From Synechococcus sp. (lineage in GTDB: Bacteria; Cyanobacteriota; Cyanobacteriia; PCC-6307; Cyanobiaceae): DNA of 64,000 nucleotides. The notes under the pieces were generated by a model. That model did not search any database. It saw only the letters and a list, made by a program, of their open reading frames with translations, and had not been told where the DNA came from. The stretch lies in contig JBJBCN010000003.1 of the NCBI GenBank assembly GCA_047285805.1, positions 416,001 to 480,000 of the forward strand, in the 5' to 3' direction. The position numbers and the translations under genes are program-made. Of the stretch, positions 46,263-56,756 are shown in pieces. Numbering within the stretch: position 1 is the first letter of the stretch; each line of letters begins with the position of its first letter.

Positions 46263-47762
46263 TTGTCTGAGCTGCGCGAGACCCGCCTCGAGAAAGGCAA
46301 GGCCCTAGCGGAGTTGGGCCAGGGCCCCTATGCCCTGCGCTTTGAGCCCAGTCACCGCACCGCTGAGCTGCAGCAGGCCCATGCGGACTTGCCCAACGGT
46401 GAAGAACGGGACGTGGCCGTCGCCGTGGCCGGCCGGGTGATGACCCGTCGCGTCATGGGCAAGCTCGCTTTTTTCACCCTGGCCGATGAGACCGGTCCGA
46501 TCCAACTCTTTATCGAGAAGGCGTCCCTCGGAGACGGATTTGGTCACCTCACCTCCTTGGTGGATGCCGGCGATCTGATTGGCGTCAGCGGCAGCTTGCG
46601 CCGCACTGATCGCGGCGAGCTCTCGGTGAAGGTGCAGAGCTGGCAGATGCTCAGCAAGAGCCTGCAGCCCCTCCCGGATAAGTGGCATGGCTTGGCCGAT
46701 GTCGAGAAGCGCTATCGCCAGCGTTATCTGGACCTGATCGTGTCGCCTGACACCAGGGAAACTTTCCGTCGCCGGGCCTTCGCGGTCAGTTCGATCCGCC
46801 GCTGGCTGGATGAACGGGGCTTCCTTGAGATTGAAACCCCGGTGCTGCAAAGCGTGCCGGGCGGTGCCGACGCCCGTCCCTTCGCGACCCATCACAACGC
46901 CCTGGACCTGCCGCTCACCCTGCGGATCGCCACCGAATTGCACCTCAAACGCCTTGTGGTGGGGGGATTTGAGCGGGTCTATGAGCTAGGTCGGATCTTC
47001 CGCAACGAAGGCATCAGCACCCGACACAACCCTGAGTTCACCTCGATTGAGGTGTATCAGGCCTATGTCGACTACAACGACATGATGGATCTCACGGAGC
47101 AACTGATTGCTCACGTGTGCCAGCAGGTCTGCGGTATGACCCGCATCAACTACCAGGGCACGGAGATCGACCTGACGCCCCCTTGGCGCCGGGCCACCAT
47201 GCACGAGCTGGTGCTCGACGCGACCGGCTTGGACTTCACTGGCTTCAGCAGCCGGGCTGAGGCGGCCGCGGCGATGCAGGCCCAGGGCTTGGCCGTGCCG
47301 GAACTGGCCGACTCGGTTGGACGTCTGCTGGTGGAAGCTTTTGATCAGAAGGTGGAGAGCACCCTGATCCAGCCCACCTTTGTGATCGACTACCCGGTCG
47401 AGAACTCCCCCTTGGCTCGGGCCCACCGCAGCAAGCCGGGTTTTGTGGAGCGCTTTGAGTTGTTCATTGTTGGCCGCGAAACCGCCAATGCCTTCAGCGA
47501 ATTAATCGATCCGGTTGATCAGCGTCAGCGGCTCGAAACGCAGATGGCCCGCAAAGCCGCTGGTGACGACGAGGCCCAGGAGGTGGATGAGGACTTCATT
47601 AATGCCTTGGAGGTGGGCATGCCCCCCACGGGCGGTTTAGGCATCGGCATTGACCGTCTCGTGATGCTGCTGACCGACAGCCCGTCCATCCGCGATGTGA
47701 TCGCCTTCCCCTTGCTGCGTCCTGAGGCGCGATTGGGCGCAGTGCCGCCTGCAATGGGATAA
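46263..47762 (+). CDS. lysS: Lysine--tRNA ligase
   Basis: [46 protein letters not shown]. Confidence 0.98.
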   Translation: MSELRETRLEKGKALAELGQGPYALRFEPSHRTAELQQAHADLPNGEERDVAVAVAGRVMTRRVMGKLAFFTLADETGPIQLFIEKASLGDGFGHLTSLVDAGDLIGVSGSLRRTDRGELSVKVQSWQMLSKSLQPLPDKWHGLADVEKRYRQRYLDLIVSPDTRETFRRRAFAVSSIRRWLDERGFLEIETPVLQSVPGGADARPFATHHNALDLPLTLRIATELHLKRLVVGGFERVYELGRIFRNEGISTRHNPEFTSIEVYQAYVDYNDMMDLTEQLIAHVCQQVCGMTRINYQGTEIDLTPPWRRATMHELVLDATGLDFTGFSSRAEAAAAMQAQGLAVPELADSVGRLLVEAFDQKVESTLIQPTFVIDYPVENSPLARAHRSKPGFVERFELFIVGRETANAFSELIDPVDQRQRLETQMARKAAGDDEAQEVDEDFINALEVGMPPTGGLGIGIDRLVMLLTDSPSIRDVIAFPLLRPEARLGAVPPAMG

Positions 47763-47806
47763 TCGACCTAGTAGGCAATCTCCCCCATTCGGGGGCTCGA
47801 GATTCG

Positions 47807-48070
47807 ATGAGTGGCGAACGCGTCGGCTTCCGCTTTAAGCACGCAGATGCTGTGGTGAAGCGCAATCCCCAGGGCCGCTCCCGCCGGGGCTGGGTGATGG
47901 AGCCGGTGGAGCAAACCACCAGCCGCGGAACCAAGATGCCCGCTTATCGGATTCGCTGGCGGGATAGCGAGCGCCCCGAGATCGTGCTGCAGCACATGCT
48001 GATCGCTGATCCCGATCCCACTCCGCCGCCCGAGGGCGTGAGCCTGGTTCCCCCCGAACCCAAGAAGTGA
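47807..48070 (+). CDS. Conserved small picocyanobacterial hypothetical protein
   Basis: 87 aa with host-like codon usage, followed by a terminator. Basic beta-rich core and Pro-rich tail. Confidence 0.7.
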   Translation: MSGERVGFRFKHADAVVKRNPQGRSRRGWVMEPVEQTTSRGTKMPAYRIRWRDSERPEIVLQHMLIADPDPTPPPEGVSLVPPEPKK

Positions 48071-48075
48071 TCTCT

Positions 48076-48101
48076 AAAGGCCTCGCTTAGGGGCCTTTTT
48101 T
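48076..48101. terminator. Intrinsic terminator
   Basis: AAAGGCCTC-GCTTA-GGGGCCTTT-TTT between convergent genes. Confidence 0.7.
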
Positions 48102-48894
48102 ATGCCCAGCCCTTGAGGCGATAGAGCGCTAGCCCCAGGTGTTCCTTGAGGGCCAGGCTGCTGAGGTAAAGCGCTCCTGCATCTGGCAGGAGGTCTTGAA
48201 CGATGGAGCCCGGTGTGGGGCGCCCAAAGCGTTGACGCTCTGGCAATAGGAAATCGCAGGCGACAGGAATCACCTCGAGGCCGCTGCGTTTTTCAAACGT
48301 GGCAATCGAGCGCGGCAGGTGAAACGCGCTCGTGACCAGCAGCACCGTCCTCCAGCCCCGCTCTTGTGCGAGTTGGCCGATATCGCGGGCTTCTTCGGCG
48401 GTGGTTTTCGAGAGGGGGTTGGGCAGGATCCGCTGGCTCGGCACCCCGAGTTCCTCGGCCAGGACCTTGGCAGAAAAGGCTTCGGCTGGGGCGGGATCAG
48501 CTGCGGTGAAGCTGATCTGGGCGCCGCTGGTCACCAGGGTGCCCGCCTTCCTCTGACGCATCAGCCGCATTCCTGTCAACAGGCGATCTCCGCCCTCTTT
48601 CACTTCGACGCTCTTCCTAGGTGGAATCGATGGCCACAGCCCCCCGCCCAACACGACCACGGCATCGGCGTTGGGGATCGCCTGTGGCGCGAGCGCCGTC
48701 GCCCGCTCCTCCAAGCCCCAGATCAACTGTCGGCTGGTGACTGGCATAGCAAACAGCCAGACCATGGCGATGCTCGAGGCTCCCAGGGCTCTGCTGAGTT
48801 TGCGGCCACTGCCCAGCCCAGCGAGTTGCAGCAGCAACCCCAGGCCGAGTGGATAGACCAGTAGCGGCAGCAGTTTGGAGAGCAGAAAGCCCAT
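48100..48894 (-). CDS. YdcF/ElyC-like (DUF218) membrane protein
   Basis: N-terminal TM helices, AVVVLGGG, DRL, SKTTAEEA, LLVTSAFHLPRS, ALKEHLG. Confidence 0.88.
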   Translation of the reverse strand: MGFLLSKLLPLLVYPLGLGLLLQLAGLGSGRKLSRALGASSIAMVWLFAMPVTSRQLIWGLEERATALAPQAIPNADAVVVLGGGLWPSIPPRKSVEVKEGGDRLLTGMRLMRQRKAGTLVTSGAQISFTAADPAPAEAFSAKVLAEELGVPSQRILPNPLSKTTAEEARDIGQLAQERGWRTVLLVTSAFHLPRSIATFEKRSGLEVIPVACDFLLPERQRFGRPTPGSIVQDLLPDAGALYLSSLALKEHLGLALYRLKGWA

Positions 48895-49295
48895 CAGAGC
48901 CCCTGCCGCTGGCGCAGCTCTTCAAGGGCCTGTTCCGTTTCAAAGCGGGCCCAGGCCGAATCCAAGTCCTCGCTGCGTGGGGCTGGCTGGTGCAGGTCTT
49001 GGCCGATGGCTTCCAGCTGTTGCCAGAGCTCGCGGCCCTGTTGCATCAGCTGCTCCAGGTGCTGCTGGGCCCGTTTGGCCAGGTCGTGGGCACCGGCGGC
49101 CTCGGCTTTTTGCGTCCGTTCTTGCCATTGCTTGATCTCCGCAGCGAGCTCGAGAAGCTGGCGCCGCAGCTGGGCGGCCGCATTAAGGTGATCTTGCCGG
49201 AGCCGCTCGCTCTGTTCGGGATGGGACTTGAGGAAGGCCTCGAGCTGTTGCTCCAGTTTTTGCTCCAGCTCATCCCACCAGGACCAAGAACTCAC
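48894..49295 (-). CDS. EgtBD-associated coiled-coil protein ('hercynine metabolism protein', PspA-like)
   Basis: IKQWQERTQKAEAAGAHDLAKRA resembles PspA. Translationally coupled within the egt operon. Confidence 0.7.
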   Translation of the reverse strand: MSSWSWWDELEQKLEQQLEAFLKSHPEQSERLRQDHLNAAAQLRRQLLELAAEIKQWQERTQKAEAAGAHDLAKRAQQHLEQLMQQGRELWQQLEAIGQDLHQPAPRSEDLDSAWARFETEQALEELRQRQGL

Positions 49296-49519
49296 GCCGA
49301 GGGGGGCCGGGTAATCAGGGGCGCTTCGATCTCCTCCTGCAGGGGAGTGATCGCCGCCTCTCGCGAGCGAAGCAACAACTGGGTGAGCCGGGCGATGGCG
49401 CCCTCCCCGATGTTCTGCGTGGTCAGCTGTTCGAAGGCTTCTCCGTAGAGCTCCTCGAGACGTTCAATCAAGCCTTCCCGAATTTCCCGGGAGGCTCGCC
49501 GCTGATCTTCCCTCGCCAT
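49292..49519 (-). CDS. EgtBD-associated small protein ('hercynine metabolism small protein')
   Basis: 75 aa, GEGAIARLTQLLLRSREAAITPLQEEIEAPLIT. Directly after egtD. Confidence 0.7.
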   Translation of the reverse strand: MAREDQRRASREIREGLIERLEELYGEAFEQLTTQNIGEGAIARLTQLLLRSREAAITPLQEEIEAPLITRPPSA

Positions 49520-49538
49520 CGCACGTCCTTGAGGGCAT

Positions 49539-50516
49539 TCAGTCTGCCTGCTTCAGCAGGTGCAGCGATAGGTCATTGCGGGGATCACTCCAACGGGCCT
49601 CGCTGGCCCAGCCCGCCCGAGCGGCCAGGCTCACAAAGGCCTCGGGGCTGTACTTGTGGCTGGTTTCGGTGATAAAGGCCTCTCCTTCGGCGAAGTGCCA
49701 CCTGCGGCCACAGGCCTGCACTGTCTGATCACGCTGGCTGATCAGGGCCATTTCGATGTGGTTGGTTGCGGCGACCCAGCGGGCTTGGTAGCGGAATTGA
49801 TCGAGGTCGAAATCACCGCCGAGGTCGCGGTTTAAACGCTGCAGCAAGTTGAGGGCAAAGCGGGCGGAGACACCGGCTGCGTCGTCGTAGGCCGCCTCCA
49901 GCCGCTCCGTCGCCTTGGGCTGGTCAATCCCGATAAGCAGTGTTCCATCAGGACCAAGCAGATGCCGAAATTGCCGCAGCAGTGCCTCGGCGGCTGTGGT
50001 GGTGAAGTTCCCGAGGGAGCTGCCGGGGAAGAAACCTAGGCGCCGCTCCAGCAGCAAGGGGTGGGATGGGAGCTGCTCCAGTTGGCTGTAGTCGCAGCAG
50101 ATGCCCACCATCGGCACGCCTGGATGGTCCTTTTGGAGCCGCTCGCAGGCCTGGGCGAGATGGTCCGCGCTGATGTCGAGGGCGACGTAGGCCGGCTGCT
50201 GCAGCGCCTCGAGCAGCGGTCCAACCTTGCGGGCGCTGCCGGCACCGAATTCCACCAGGGTGCCGTCCCGAAGGGCCGCGGCCATGGCCATGGCCTGGTC
50301 TTCGAGCAGTGCGGTTTCGGTCTTAGTCAGGCTGTATTCGGGCTGCTGGCAAATCAGGTCGAAGAGGCGAGAGCCCTCCGCGTCGTAGAGAAACCACGCG
50401 GGCAATTGTTTGGGGGTTTGCCTCAGGCCCTCAATCACCAGCTGGCGCATGTCTGCGGCGGCGGGATGCAGATTGAGCAGTTCGGGGATGCCGCTGCCTT
50501 GCAGGGTGCTGGTCAT
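49539..50516 (-). CDS. egtD: L-histidine N-alpha-methyltransferase
   Basis: KQLPAWFLYDAEGSRLF..IC..PEY, EFGAGS.RK, FFPGSSLGNF, AYDDAAGV, IEM, TETSHKY. Confidence 0.94.
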   Translation of the reverse strand: MTSTLQGSGIPELLNLHPAAADMRQLVIEGLRQTPKQLPAWFLYDAEGSRLFDLICQQPEYSLTKTETALLEDQAMAMAAALRDGTLVEFGAGSARKVGPLLEALQQPAYVALDISADHLAQACERLQKDHPGVPMVGICCDYSQLEQLPSHPLLLERRLGFFPGSSLGNFTTTAAEALLRQFRHLLGPDGTLLIGIDQPKATERLEAAYDDAAGVSARFALNLLQRLNRDLGGDFDLDQFRYQARWVAATNHIEMALISQRDQTVQACGRRWHFAEGEAFITETSHKYSPEAFVSLAARAGWASEARWSDPRNDLSLHLLKQAD

Positions 50517-51694
50517 GGTTGGCCCCCCATCGCCAGGCGAATCCCGCTAGCCATCCAACGGCTGTGGGGGGGGTAGAAGTTGCGGTAGGTCACGCGTTCG
50601 TGGCCGGCCGGGGTCAAGAAACAGCTGCCCCGCAGCACGAACTGCGAGCTCATGAATTTGCCGTTGTATTCACCAATGGCTCCTGCGGCGGGCGCAAAGC
50701 CCGGATAGGGCCGGTAGGGGCTGCCGGTCCATTGCCACAGGCAGCCAAACAGCTGCTCGAGCTGCCCGCTGCTTGCCGCCAGTTCCCATTCGGCTTCCTC
50801 GGGGAGGCGGGCCCCAGCCCAGCGGGCGTAGGCATCGGCCTCAAACCAACTGATGTGTCTGACGGGGGCGTCTGGATGGCGTGCCCTCCGGCCAGCGAGG
50901 CTGAACTCCCAGTCACCGCGCCAGTAGCGCGGGGCTTGCCATCCCCGTTCTTGCACCAGGGCCCAGCCCTCATTCATCCAGAGATCGGAGCGTTGATATC
51001 CCCCGTCGGCGATGAAGGCCGCGTACTCGCCATTGCTCACTAGCCCATGGCTGATGGCACAGGGTTCCAGCCAGATCCGATGCCGGGGCGCCTCGTTGTC
51101 GAAGTGGAAGACCTCGGAGTCAGGCTCTAGGCCAATCTCCACAAGGCCTCCCTTCAAGCTATGCCAGCCCCGGGGATTTGGGCTGCTCCAGCTGGCGTCG
51201 TAGGCCTTTTCGGGGAGGGGGTTGGCGGCGGGTTCGAGCGGGTTGCGGCTGAAGCCGTCCAGGAGATCCATCAGCAGCAGCTCTTGGTGCTGCTGTTCGT
51301 GCTGCAGCCCCAGTTCCACCAGCGCAGCGGGCAGCTCATCCAGTTCGGACATCAGGGCCTCACTGACCCGCTGGCGCCAGGCCAGCACTTCGGTGATCGA
51401 GGGCCGGCTCAACAGGCCCCGCTCCGGCCTGGGGTGCCGTTCGCCGACCGCCTCGTAATAGCTGTTGAAGAGGTAGCGCCAGCGGCTGTCGGCGCAGCTG
51501 TAACCCTCCCGCTGGCTCAGCAGAAACTCCTCGAAAAACCAGGTGGTGTGGGCCAGATGCCATTTCGCTGGACTGGCGTCCGGCATCCCCTGCAGGCAGA
51601 GGTCTTCGGCTTCCAGGCCCTCAATTAGGTCCTCCGTTGCACGGCGGATCTGCTGCAGCCGCGGCAAGACGGCGGCAGCTGAGGTCGACACCAT
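50513..51694 (-). CDS. egtB: Ergothioneine biosynthesis sulfoxide synthase
   Basis: SPAKWHLAHTTWFFE, FNSYY, HEQQHQE iron site, FDNE.PRH, GEYNGKFM, YRNFY. Confidence 0.93.
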   Translation of the reverse strand: MVSTSAAAVLPRLQQIRRATEDLIEGLEAEDLCLQGMPDASPAKWHLAHTTWFFEEFLLSQREGYSCADSRWRYLFNSYYEAVGERHPRPERGLLSRPSITEVLAWRQRVSEALMSELDELPAALVELGLQHEQQHQELLLMDLLDGFSRNPLEPAANPLPEKAYDASWSSPNPRGWHSLKGGLVEIGLEPDSEVFHFDNEAPRHRIWLEPCAISHGLVSNGEYAAFIADGGYQRSDLWMNEGWALVQERGWQAPRYWRGDWEFSLAGRRARHPDAPVRHISWFEADAYARWAGARLPEEAEWELAASSGQLEQLFGCLWQWTGSPYRPYPGFAPAAGAIGEYNGKFMSSQFVLRGSCFLTPAGHERVTYRNFYPPHSRWMASGIRLAMGGQP

Positions 51695-51778
51695 CCCAAC
51701 TGCTCCTGCTGAGCGGACCCTAGAAGCCCAACCCTGTTGCATCAACGCTTCTACGATCACTGCAACGCAAGGAAGGGC

Positions 51779-52780
51779 ATGGGCGCCAGCACTCCGGGGA
51801 TTGCATCCGGCTTCGTCGGTGCGGTGGGCCAGACCCCGCTGATTCGTCTGAACGCCCTGAGCGCGCTGACCGGCTGCGAGATCCTCGGCAAGGCCGAGTT
51901 CATGAACCCAGGCGGGTCAGTTAAGGACCGGGCGGCGTTGGGAATTTTGTTGGAGGCCGAAGAGCAGGGCTTGCTCATGTCCGGCGGCACCGTGGTCGAG
52001 GGCACGGCGGGCAACACCGGGATCGGCCTGACACACCTCTGCAATGCCCGCGGTTACCGGGCGGTGATCGTGATCCCGGAGACCCAATCTGCTGAGAAGA
52101 TCGGACTGTTGCGCAGCCTGGGGGCTGAGGTCCGCACCGTTCCCGCCGTTCCCTACAAGGACCCCAACAATTACGTCCGCCTCTCAGGCCGCATTGCTGA
52201 AGAGATCCCAGGGGCGGTCTGGGCGAATCAGTTCGACAACCTCGCCAACCGTCGTGCCCATTACCGAACCACGGGTCCGGAGATCTGGGAACAAACCGGC
52301 GGCCAGGTGGATGCCTGGGTGGCTGCCACTGGCACCGGCGGCACCTACGCCGGTGTGGCGCTCTATTTGAAGGAGCAAAAGCCCCAGCTGCGCTGCGTTC
52401 TTGCTGATCCCCATGGCAGTGCCCTCTATAGCTGGGCTACTAGCGGCGAACTCAGCAGCGAGGGCAACTCGATCACGGAGGGCATTGGCAACAGCCGCGT
52501 GACCGCGAACCTGGAGGGGGCTCCGGTGGATGACGCAGTCCGGATCCATGATCAGGACGCGCTGCAGACGATTTACGACCTGCTTTGGCAGGAGGGCCTG
52601 TTCCTCGGCGGCTCAGTCGGCATCAATGTGGCCGCGGCCGTCAAGACAGCCCGTCGGATGGGGCCCGGCCACACCATCGTCACGGTCCTCTGCGATAGCG
52701 GAGATCGCTATCGGTCACGCCTTTATGACGGGGAGTGGCTGAAGGGCAAAGGTCTGGAGCAACCTGAGCGCGCGGCCTGA
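51779..52780 (+). CDS. cysK: Cysteine synthase family PLP enzyme
   Basis: TPLIRL, NPGGSVKDR (PLP Lys), EGTAGNTG, GTGGT, TEGIG, LCDSG.RY. Confidence 0.85.
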   Translation: MGASTPGIASGFVGAVGQTPLIRLNALSALTGCEILGKAEFMNPGGSVKDRAALGILLEAEEQGLLMSGGTVVEGTAGNTGIGLTHLCNARGYRAVIVIPETQSAEKIGLLRSLGAEVRTVPAVPYKDPNNYVRLSGRIAEEIPGAVWANQFDNLANRRAHYRTTGPEIWEQTGGQVDAWVAATGTGGTYAGVALYLKEQKPQLRCVLADPHGSALYSWATSGELSSEGNSITEGIGNSRVTANLEGAPVDDAVRIHDQDALQTIYDLLWQEGLFLGGSVGINVAAAVKTARRMGPGHTIVTVLCDSGDRYRSRLYDGEWLKGKGLEQPERAA

Positions 52781-52786
52781 TCCACG

Positions 52787-54412
52787 TTGCTGGAAGACGA
52801 TCCGAGTTTGGAGCCGGGGGCGCTGATCGGCGGTCGCTACCGCTTAGAGCGCTCTCTGGGGGAGGACCGCTGGTTGGCTTTGGATCAGGCGGCTGCCGAT
52901 GCGCCGACCCATCTCACTGTCCTGGGCAATCTGACGGAGGAGCAACGGGAGGACCTGAGCAAGCGCTGGCTTCAGCTCCAGCGGGTCTTGCATCCCCAGC
53001 TGCCTCGCTTTGGTGATCTGATCAACACCGGCGATGCTCTGTTGCTGCCACGCGCCTGGCAGGAGGGGGAGACCCTGCAGGCCTTGCTGGATGCTGGCGA
53101 GACCTTCTCGCTGGAGGACGTCTTGGCTTTGCTGTGTCAGCTGTTGGCGCTGCTGGCCCATCTGCATAGCCAGCGGCTCTCCTGCGCGGATTGGTCACCG
53201 GCTTACATCCTGCGTCGATCGGCGGATGTTCGGCTGGTCCCTTTGGCGCTTGAGCAGCTTGCCCCTTGGGATCCCCAGCGCGACCTCCTCGCCATCGCAG
53301 ATTTGGCTCAAACCTTGCTGGCGGAGCAGGCCGCGGCCTCCTTGGCCTCGATTGGACCGCTCCAGGCCTTGAGTAGCGATCAGCAGGCGTTGCGTTTCCC
53401 ATCTGCCTCCGCGGCCCTCGCCGCTTTTCAACAGTTCACGCCCGCTGTCCCTTCACCCGCACTGCCAGAAGTGGTGCGCCATTCGACCCCTTCCCGAAGG
53501 CGGAAGCGGCAGCAGCAGATGGATGCCGAAGGACGCCTCTGGCCCGTGGTGGTTGCCCTTGTGGGGCTGTCGGTCGCGGGTACCGCTTTTGGATGGCTTC
53601 TGCTTCATAGTCGTGGCCGGGTCTCGGGATCAATCATTTGGCCGAGTTTTCAACTGCGCCGGAGCTTGCCGACGGCTGAGATCAATCAACGGGAGGACTT
53701 GTTGAATCGCCTCCGGGCTCTGCAAGTGGACCGGCGTTGGTTTCTCAAGCTGGTGGATGCCAGTTGGCTCCAGCAATTCCCCGAGCGAGGCGGCCGGCTG
53801 CCCTCCGATAGCCAAGCGGATGCTCCCCTGCGGAAGGTCTGGAGCGAACTGGCCGAAGACTGGCTGAGCCGTGTGGAGCAGCTGCCCCTGCAGCTGCGCC
53901 CCCGGTTGGGCAACTTGACTGCCACCGATTGGAACCGGCGCCAGCAAGGCCTCGTGGCCCAGGGGCTCAGTCCTGAGGTGGTGGAGAAGCTTGTCTCTGG
54001 CAGTGCCCTGAACCTGCTGAATGGACCTGAGGCCGCTCAGATCCCCGCGGAGCCCTATCGGCAGCTTTGGTATGCCGCCGCCGAGCAGGTCCTGGGCAAC
54101 CTGCAGATTGAGTTGATCAAGGGGCAGCGCAACAGCACCAAAGCTCTCTCCGCCAGGGTCCCGGCGGGTGGTGCCCGGGTCTTCCCCATTCAGGTGCCTT
54201 CGGGCAGTCGCCTGGTTCTGGGGGTCAAGGGCTCGCCGTTGATGCAGATGAGTGTGTTCGCGGCCGATGGGCAGCTGCTGGAAGCCCGTGGTCCGCTGCG
54301 GGTGTTGAGCCTGGGGGATGTCAAACGCTCCCCGGTTCAGGTCTTGATCAGCAATGACGGTTTGTCGTCGGCGAGCCTGACCTTCTCCTTGCATGTGGAT
54401 CCGACTCAATAG
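52787..54412 (+). CDS. Membrane-anchored degenerate Ser/Thr kinase-like protein
   Basis: [33 protein letters not shown]. One TM helix (LWPVVVAL...) and a large C-terminal domain. Catalytic motifs eroded. Confidence 0.75.
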   Translation: MLEDDPSLEPGALIGGRYRLERSLGEDRWLALDQAAADAPTHLTVLGNLTEEQREDLSKRWLQLQRVLHPQLPRFGDLINTGDALLLPRAWQEGETLQALLDAGETFSLEDVLALLCQLLALLAHLHSQRLSCADWSPAYILRRSADVRLVPLALEQLAPWDPQRDLLAIADLAQTLLAEQAAASLASIGPLQALSSDQQALRFPSASAALAAFQQFTPAVPSPALPEVVRHSTPSRRRKRQQQMDAEGRLWPVVVALVGLSVAGTAFGWLLLHSRGRVSGSIIWPSFQLRRSLPTAEINQREDLLNRLRALQVDRRWFLKLVDASWLQQFPERGGRLPSDSQADAPLRKVWSELAEDWLSRVEQLPLQLRPRLGNLTATDWNRRQQGLVAQGLSPEVVEKLVSGSALNLLNGPEAAQIPAEPYRQLWYAAAEQVLGNLQIELIKGQRNSTKALSARVPAGGARVFPIQVPSGSRLVLGVKGSPLMQMSVFAADGQLLEARGPLRVLSLGDVKRSPVQVLISNDGLSSASLTFSLHVDPTQ

Positions 54413-54903
54413 CGGGCGATGGCTTTTTTGGCGTCCTTGATGTCCTGCTTGCGCCGCTCCTCCTGACGTTTGTCATGGAGCTTGCGGCCCTTGCCGAGGC
54501 CAATAGTCGCTTTGATCCAGGACCCCTTCAGGTGGATGTTCAGGGGAATCAAGGTGAGGCCCTTCTGGTCCACGGCGATTCGCAACTTGTCGATCTCCTT
54601 GCGGTGGGCGAGCAGGCGACGGGTCCGGAGGGGTTCGTGGTTGAAGTAGGCGCCGGCGTGTGTGTGTGGGGAGATGTGGACGTTGTGCAGCTGCAGCTGC
54701 CCTTTGCGGATCAAGCAGAAGCCATCGCGAAGGTTCACTTGGCCAGCCCGGATGGACTTGACCTCGGTGCCCATCAGCTCCACGCCGCACTCCAGCGTTT
54801 CGAGAATCTCGTACTGATGCCGCGCGAAGCGGTTGTCCGCCAGCAATTTGTTGGCGGCATCCCGAAGGGCCTTGGCGTTCTTTTTGCCCCCGCCCTTGGC
54901 CAT
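54406..54903 (-). CDS. smpB: SsrA-binding protein
   Basis: [36 protein letters not shown]. Confidence 0.97.
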   Translation of the reverse strand: MAKGGGKKNAKALRDAANKLLADNRFARHQYEILETLECGVELMGTEVKSIRAGQVNLRDGFCLIRKGQLQLHNVHISPHTHAGAYFNHEPLRTRRLLAHRKEIDKLRIAVDQKGLTLIPLNIHLKGSWIKATIGLGKGRKLHDKRQEERRKQDIKDAKKAIARY

Positions 54904-54981
54904 GGCGCTGTGATCCAGGTGTACCGACCCTAGGGATGGACCCGCTGGCCGGCGGCTGTCCGCTGCCGATACCCTCGAGCG

Positions 54982-56022
54982 ATGGCCATCGTCTCTTCGG
55001 GATCAACAGCGCCGCGCGAGCCGGCCCCGAGGTTGGTGGATCCCGCCGTGAGTGAGCAGGAGAAGCCGCTGCAGCGGGAGGACTCGCTCCGGCCCAAGCA
55101 GTTGGCGGACTACATCGGCCAGAGCGAGCTCAAACAGGTACTTGGCATTGCGATTGAGGCCACCCAAGCGCGGGATGAAGCCCTCGATCATGTGTTGCTC
55201 TACGGCCCCCCCGGGTTGGGGAAGACCACGATGGCGATGGTTTTGGCCGAAGAGTTGGGGGTGCGTTGCCGCATTACCAGTGCCCCGGCGTTGGAGCGCC
55301 CCCGCGACATCGTCGGCCTACTCGTGAACCTGCAGCCTCGGGAGCTGCTGTTCATCGATGAAATTCACCGCCTTACCCGGGTCTCCGAAGAGCTGCTCTA
55401 TCCGGCGATGGAGGACTTTCGCCTTGATCTCACGGTCGGTAAGGGCACGACGGCCCGGACCCGAACGATTCCATTGGCTCCCTTCACCTTGGTCGGGGCG
55501 ACGACGCGGGCGGGTTCGTTGAGTTCTCCGCTGCGGGATCGCTTTGGTCTGATCCAGCGGCTGGAGTTCTACGGACTGGAGGATCTCCAGGCGATCGTGC
55601 AGCGCGCAGCCGGTTTGCTTCAACTCGACTTGGCCGAAGAGGCTGCCCTAGAAGTGGCCCGCCGTTGTAGGGGCACCCCGCGGATCGCTAATCGCTTGCT
55701 GCGTCGTGTGCGGGATGTTGCCTCCGTCCGCCGCCATGCGCGGGTGAGCGCTGAGTTGGTGCAGCAGGCCTTGAGCCTGCATCGGGTGGATGGCCGCGGC
55801 TTGGATGCCAGCGACCGTCGCCTGTTGGATCTGCTCCACAGCGGCTACGGCGGCGGACCCGTGGGTCTTGACACCCTTGCGGCTGGCTTGGGGGAAGACC
55901 CCGTCACCCTGGAATCGGTGGTCGAGCCGTTCCTCTTGCAACAGGGCCTGTTGCAGCGCACCCCCCGGGGGCGTGTGATCACCCAGGCCGGCATTGATCA
56001 CCTGCAGGGTCAAGCGGCATGA
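54982..56022 (+). CDS. ruvB: Holliday junction helicase RuvB
   Basis: [44 protein letters not shown]. Confidence 0.98.
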   Translation: MAIVSSGSTAPREPAPRLVDPAVSEQEKPLQREDSLRPKQLADYIGQSELKQVLGIAIEATQARDEALDHVLLYGPPGLGKTTMAMVLAEELGVRCRITSAPALERPRDIVGLLVNLQPRELLFIDEIHRLTRVSEELLYPAMEDFRLDLTVGKGTTARTRTIPLAPFTLVGATTRAGSLSSPLRDRFGLIQRLEFYGLEDLQAIVQRAAGLLQLDLAEEAALEVARRCRGTPRIANRLLRRVRDVASVRRHARVSAELVQQALSLHRVDGRGLDASDRRLLDLLHSGYGGGPVGLDTLAAGLGEDPVTLESVVEPFLLQQGLLQRTPRGRVITQAGIDHLQGQAA

Positions 56023-56756
56023 CAGTCCTGTTTGCGCTCGTGCTGGCGGTGCAGCTGAGTCTGCCCCAACTGTTTGACCAGGCTCTGACGGCAAGTCGTG
56101 AGGGAGCCTTTCCACAGGCTCTGGACCTTTGGAATCAGGTGCTGGAGCTGGCTCCGGAGGACGCTGCTGCTTGGAGTAATCGCGGCAATATCCAGCTCGC
56201 CCTTGGGGATCCCGAGGCGGCCATTGCCGACCAGTCCAAGGCAATTGAGCTGGATCACAGCAACGCTGATCCCCATCTGAACCGCGGCACCGCCGAAGAA
56301 GCCCTGAAGCAGTGGGACGCTGCTGAAGCAGATTATCGCTGGATCCTCGAGCGGGGTCCCGATGCCTCGGCTCTCTACAACCTTGGCAATGTTCAGGTCT
56401 CCAAGGGCGATTGGCAGCAGGCCCGGGACAGTTTTGAGCAGGCATCCCAGGAACGTCCCGGCTTTGCGATGGCCCGCTCGAGTACTGCTCTAGCGGACTT
56501 TCAGCTTGGAGATCTGGACCGGGCTGAGAAGGAGTTGCGCAACATCATTCGCCGCTATCCCCTGTTTGCCGATGCCAGGGCGGCGTTGACGGCCTTGCTG
56601 TGGCGCAAGGGTGAATCCGGGGAAGCCGAAAGCCATTGGGCTTCGGCTGCGGGCCTGGATCCCCGTTATCGCCAGCCAGAATGGCTCTTAGAGATTCGGC
56701 GCTGGCCGCCGGTTCCGGCCCAAGCCCTGTCTGACTTTTTGGCCCTGAGCAGCTGA
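56019..56756 (+). CDS. Tetratricopeptide repeat protein
   Basis: Repeated AWSNRG, HLNRG and LYNLG TPR motifs. Confidence 0.88.
   Translation: MTVLFALVLAVQLSLPQLFDQALTASREGAFPQALDLWNQVLELAPEDAAAWSNRGNIQLALGDPEAAIADQSKAIELDHSNADPHLNRGTAEEALKQWDAAEADYRWILERGPDASALYNLGNVQVSKGDWQQARDSFEQASQERPGFAMARSSTALADFQLGDLDRAEKELRNIIRRYPLFADARAALTALLWRKGESGEAESHWASAAGLDPRYRQPEWLLEIRRWPPVPAQALSDFLALSS

Noticed and set aside
49539..51694. Selenoneine (senABC) or ovothiol (ovoA) cluster
   Set aside because: No SenB glycosyltransferase or selD nearby, and the sulfoxide synthase has no C-terminal methyltransferase domain.
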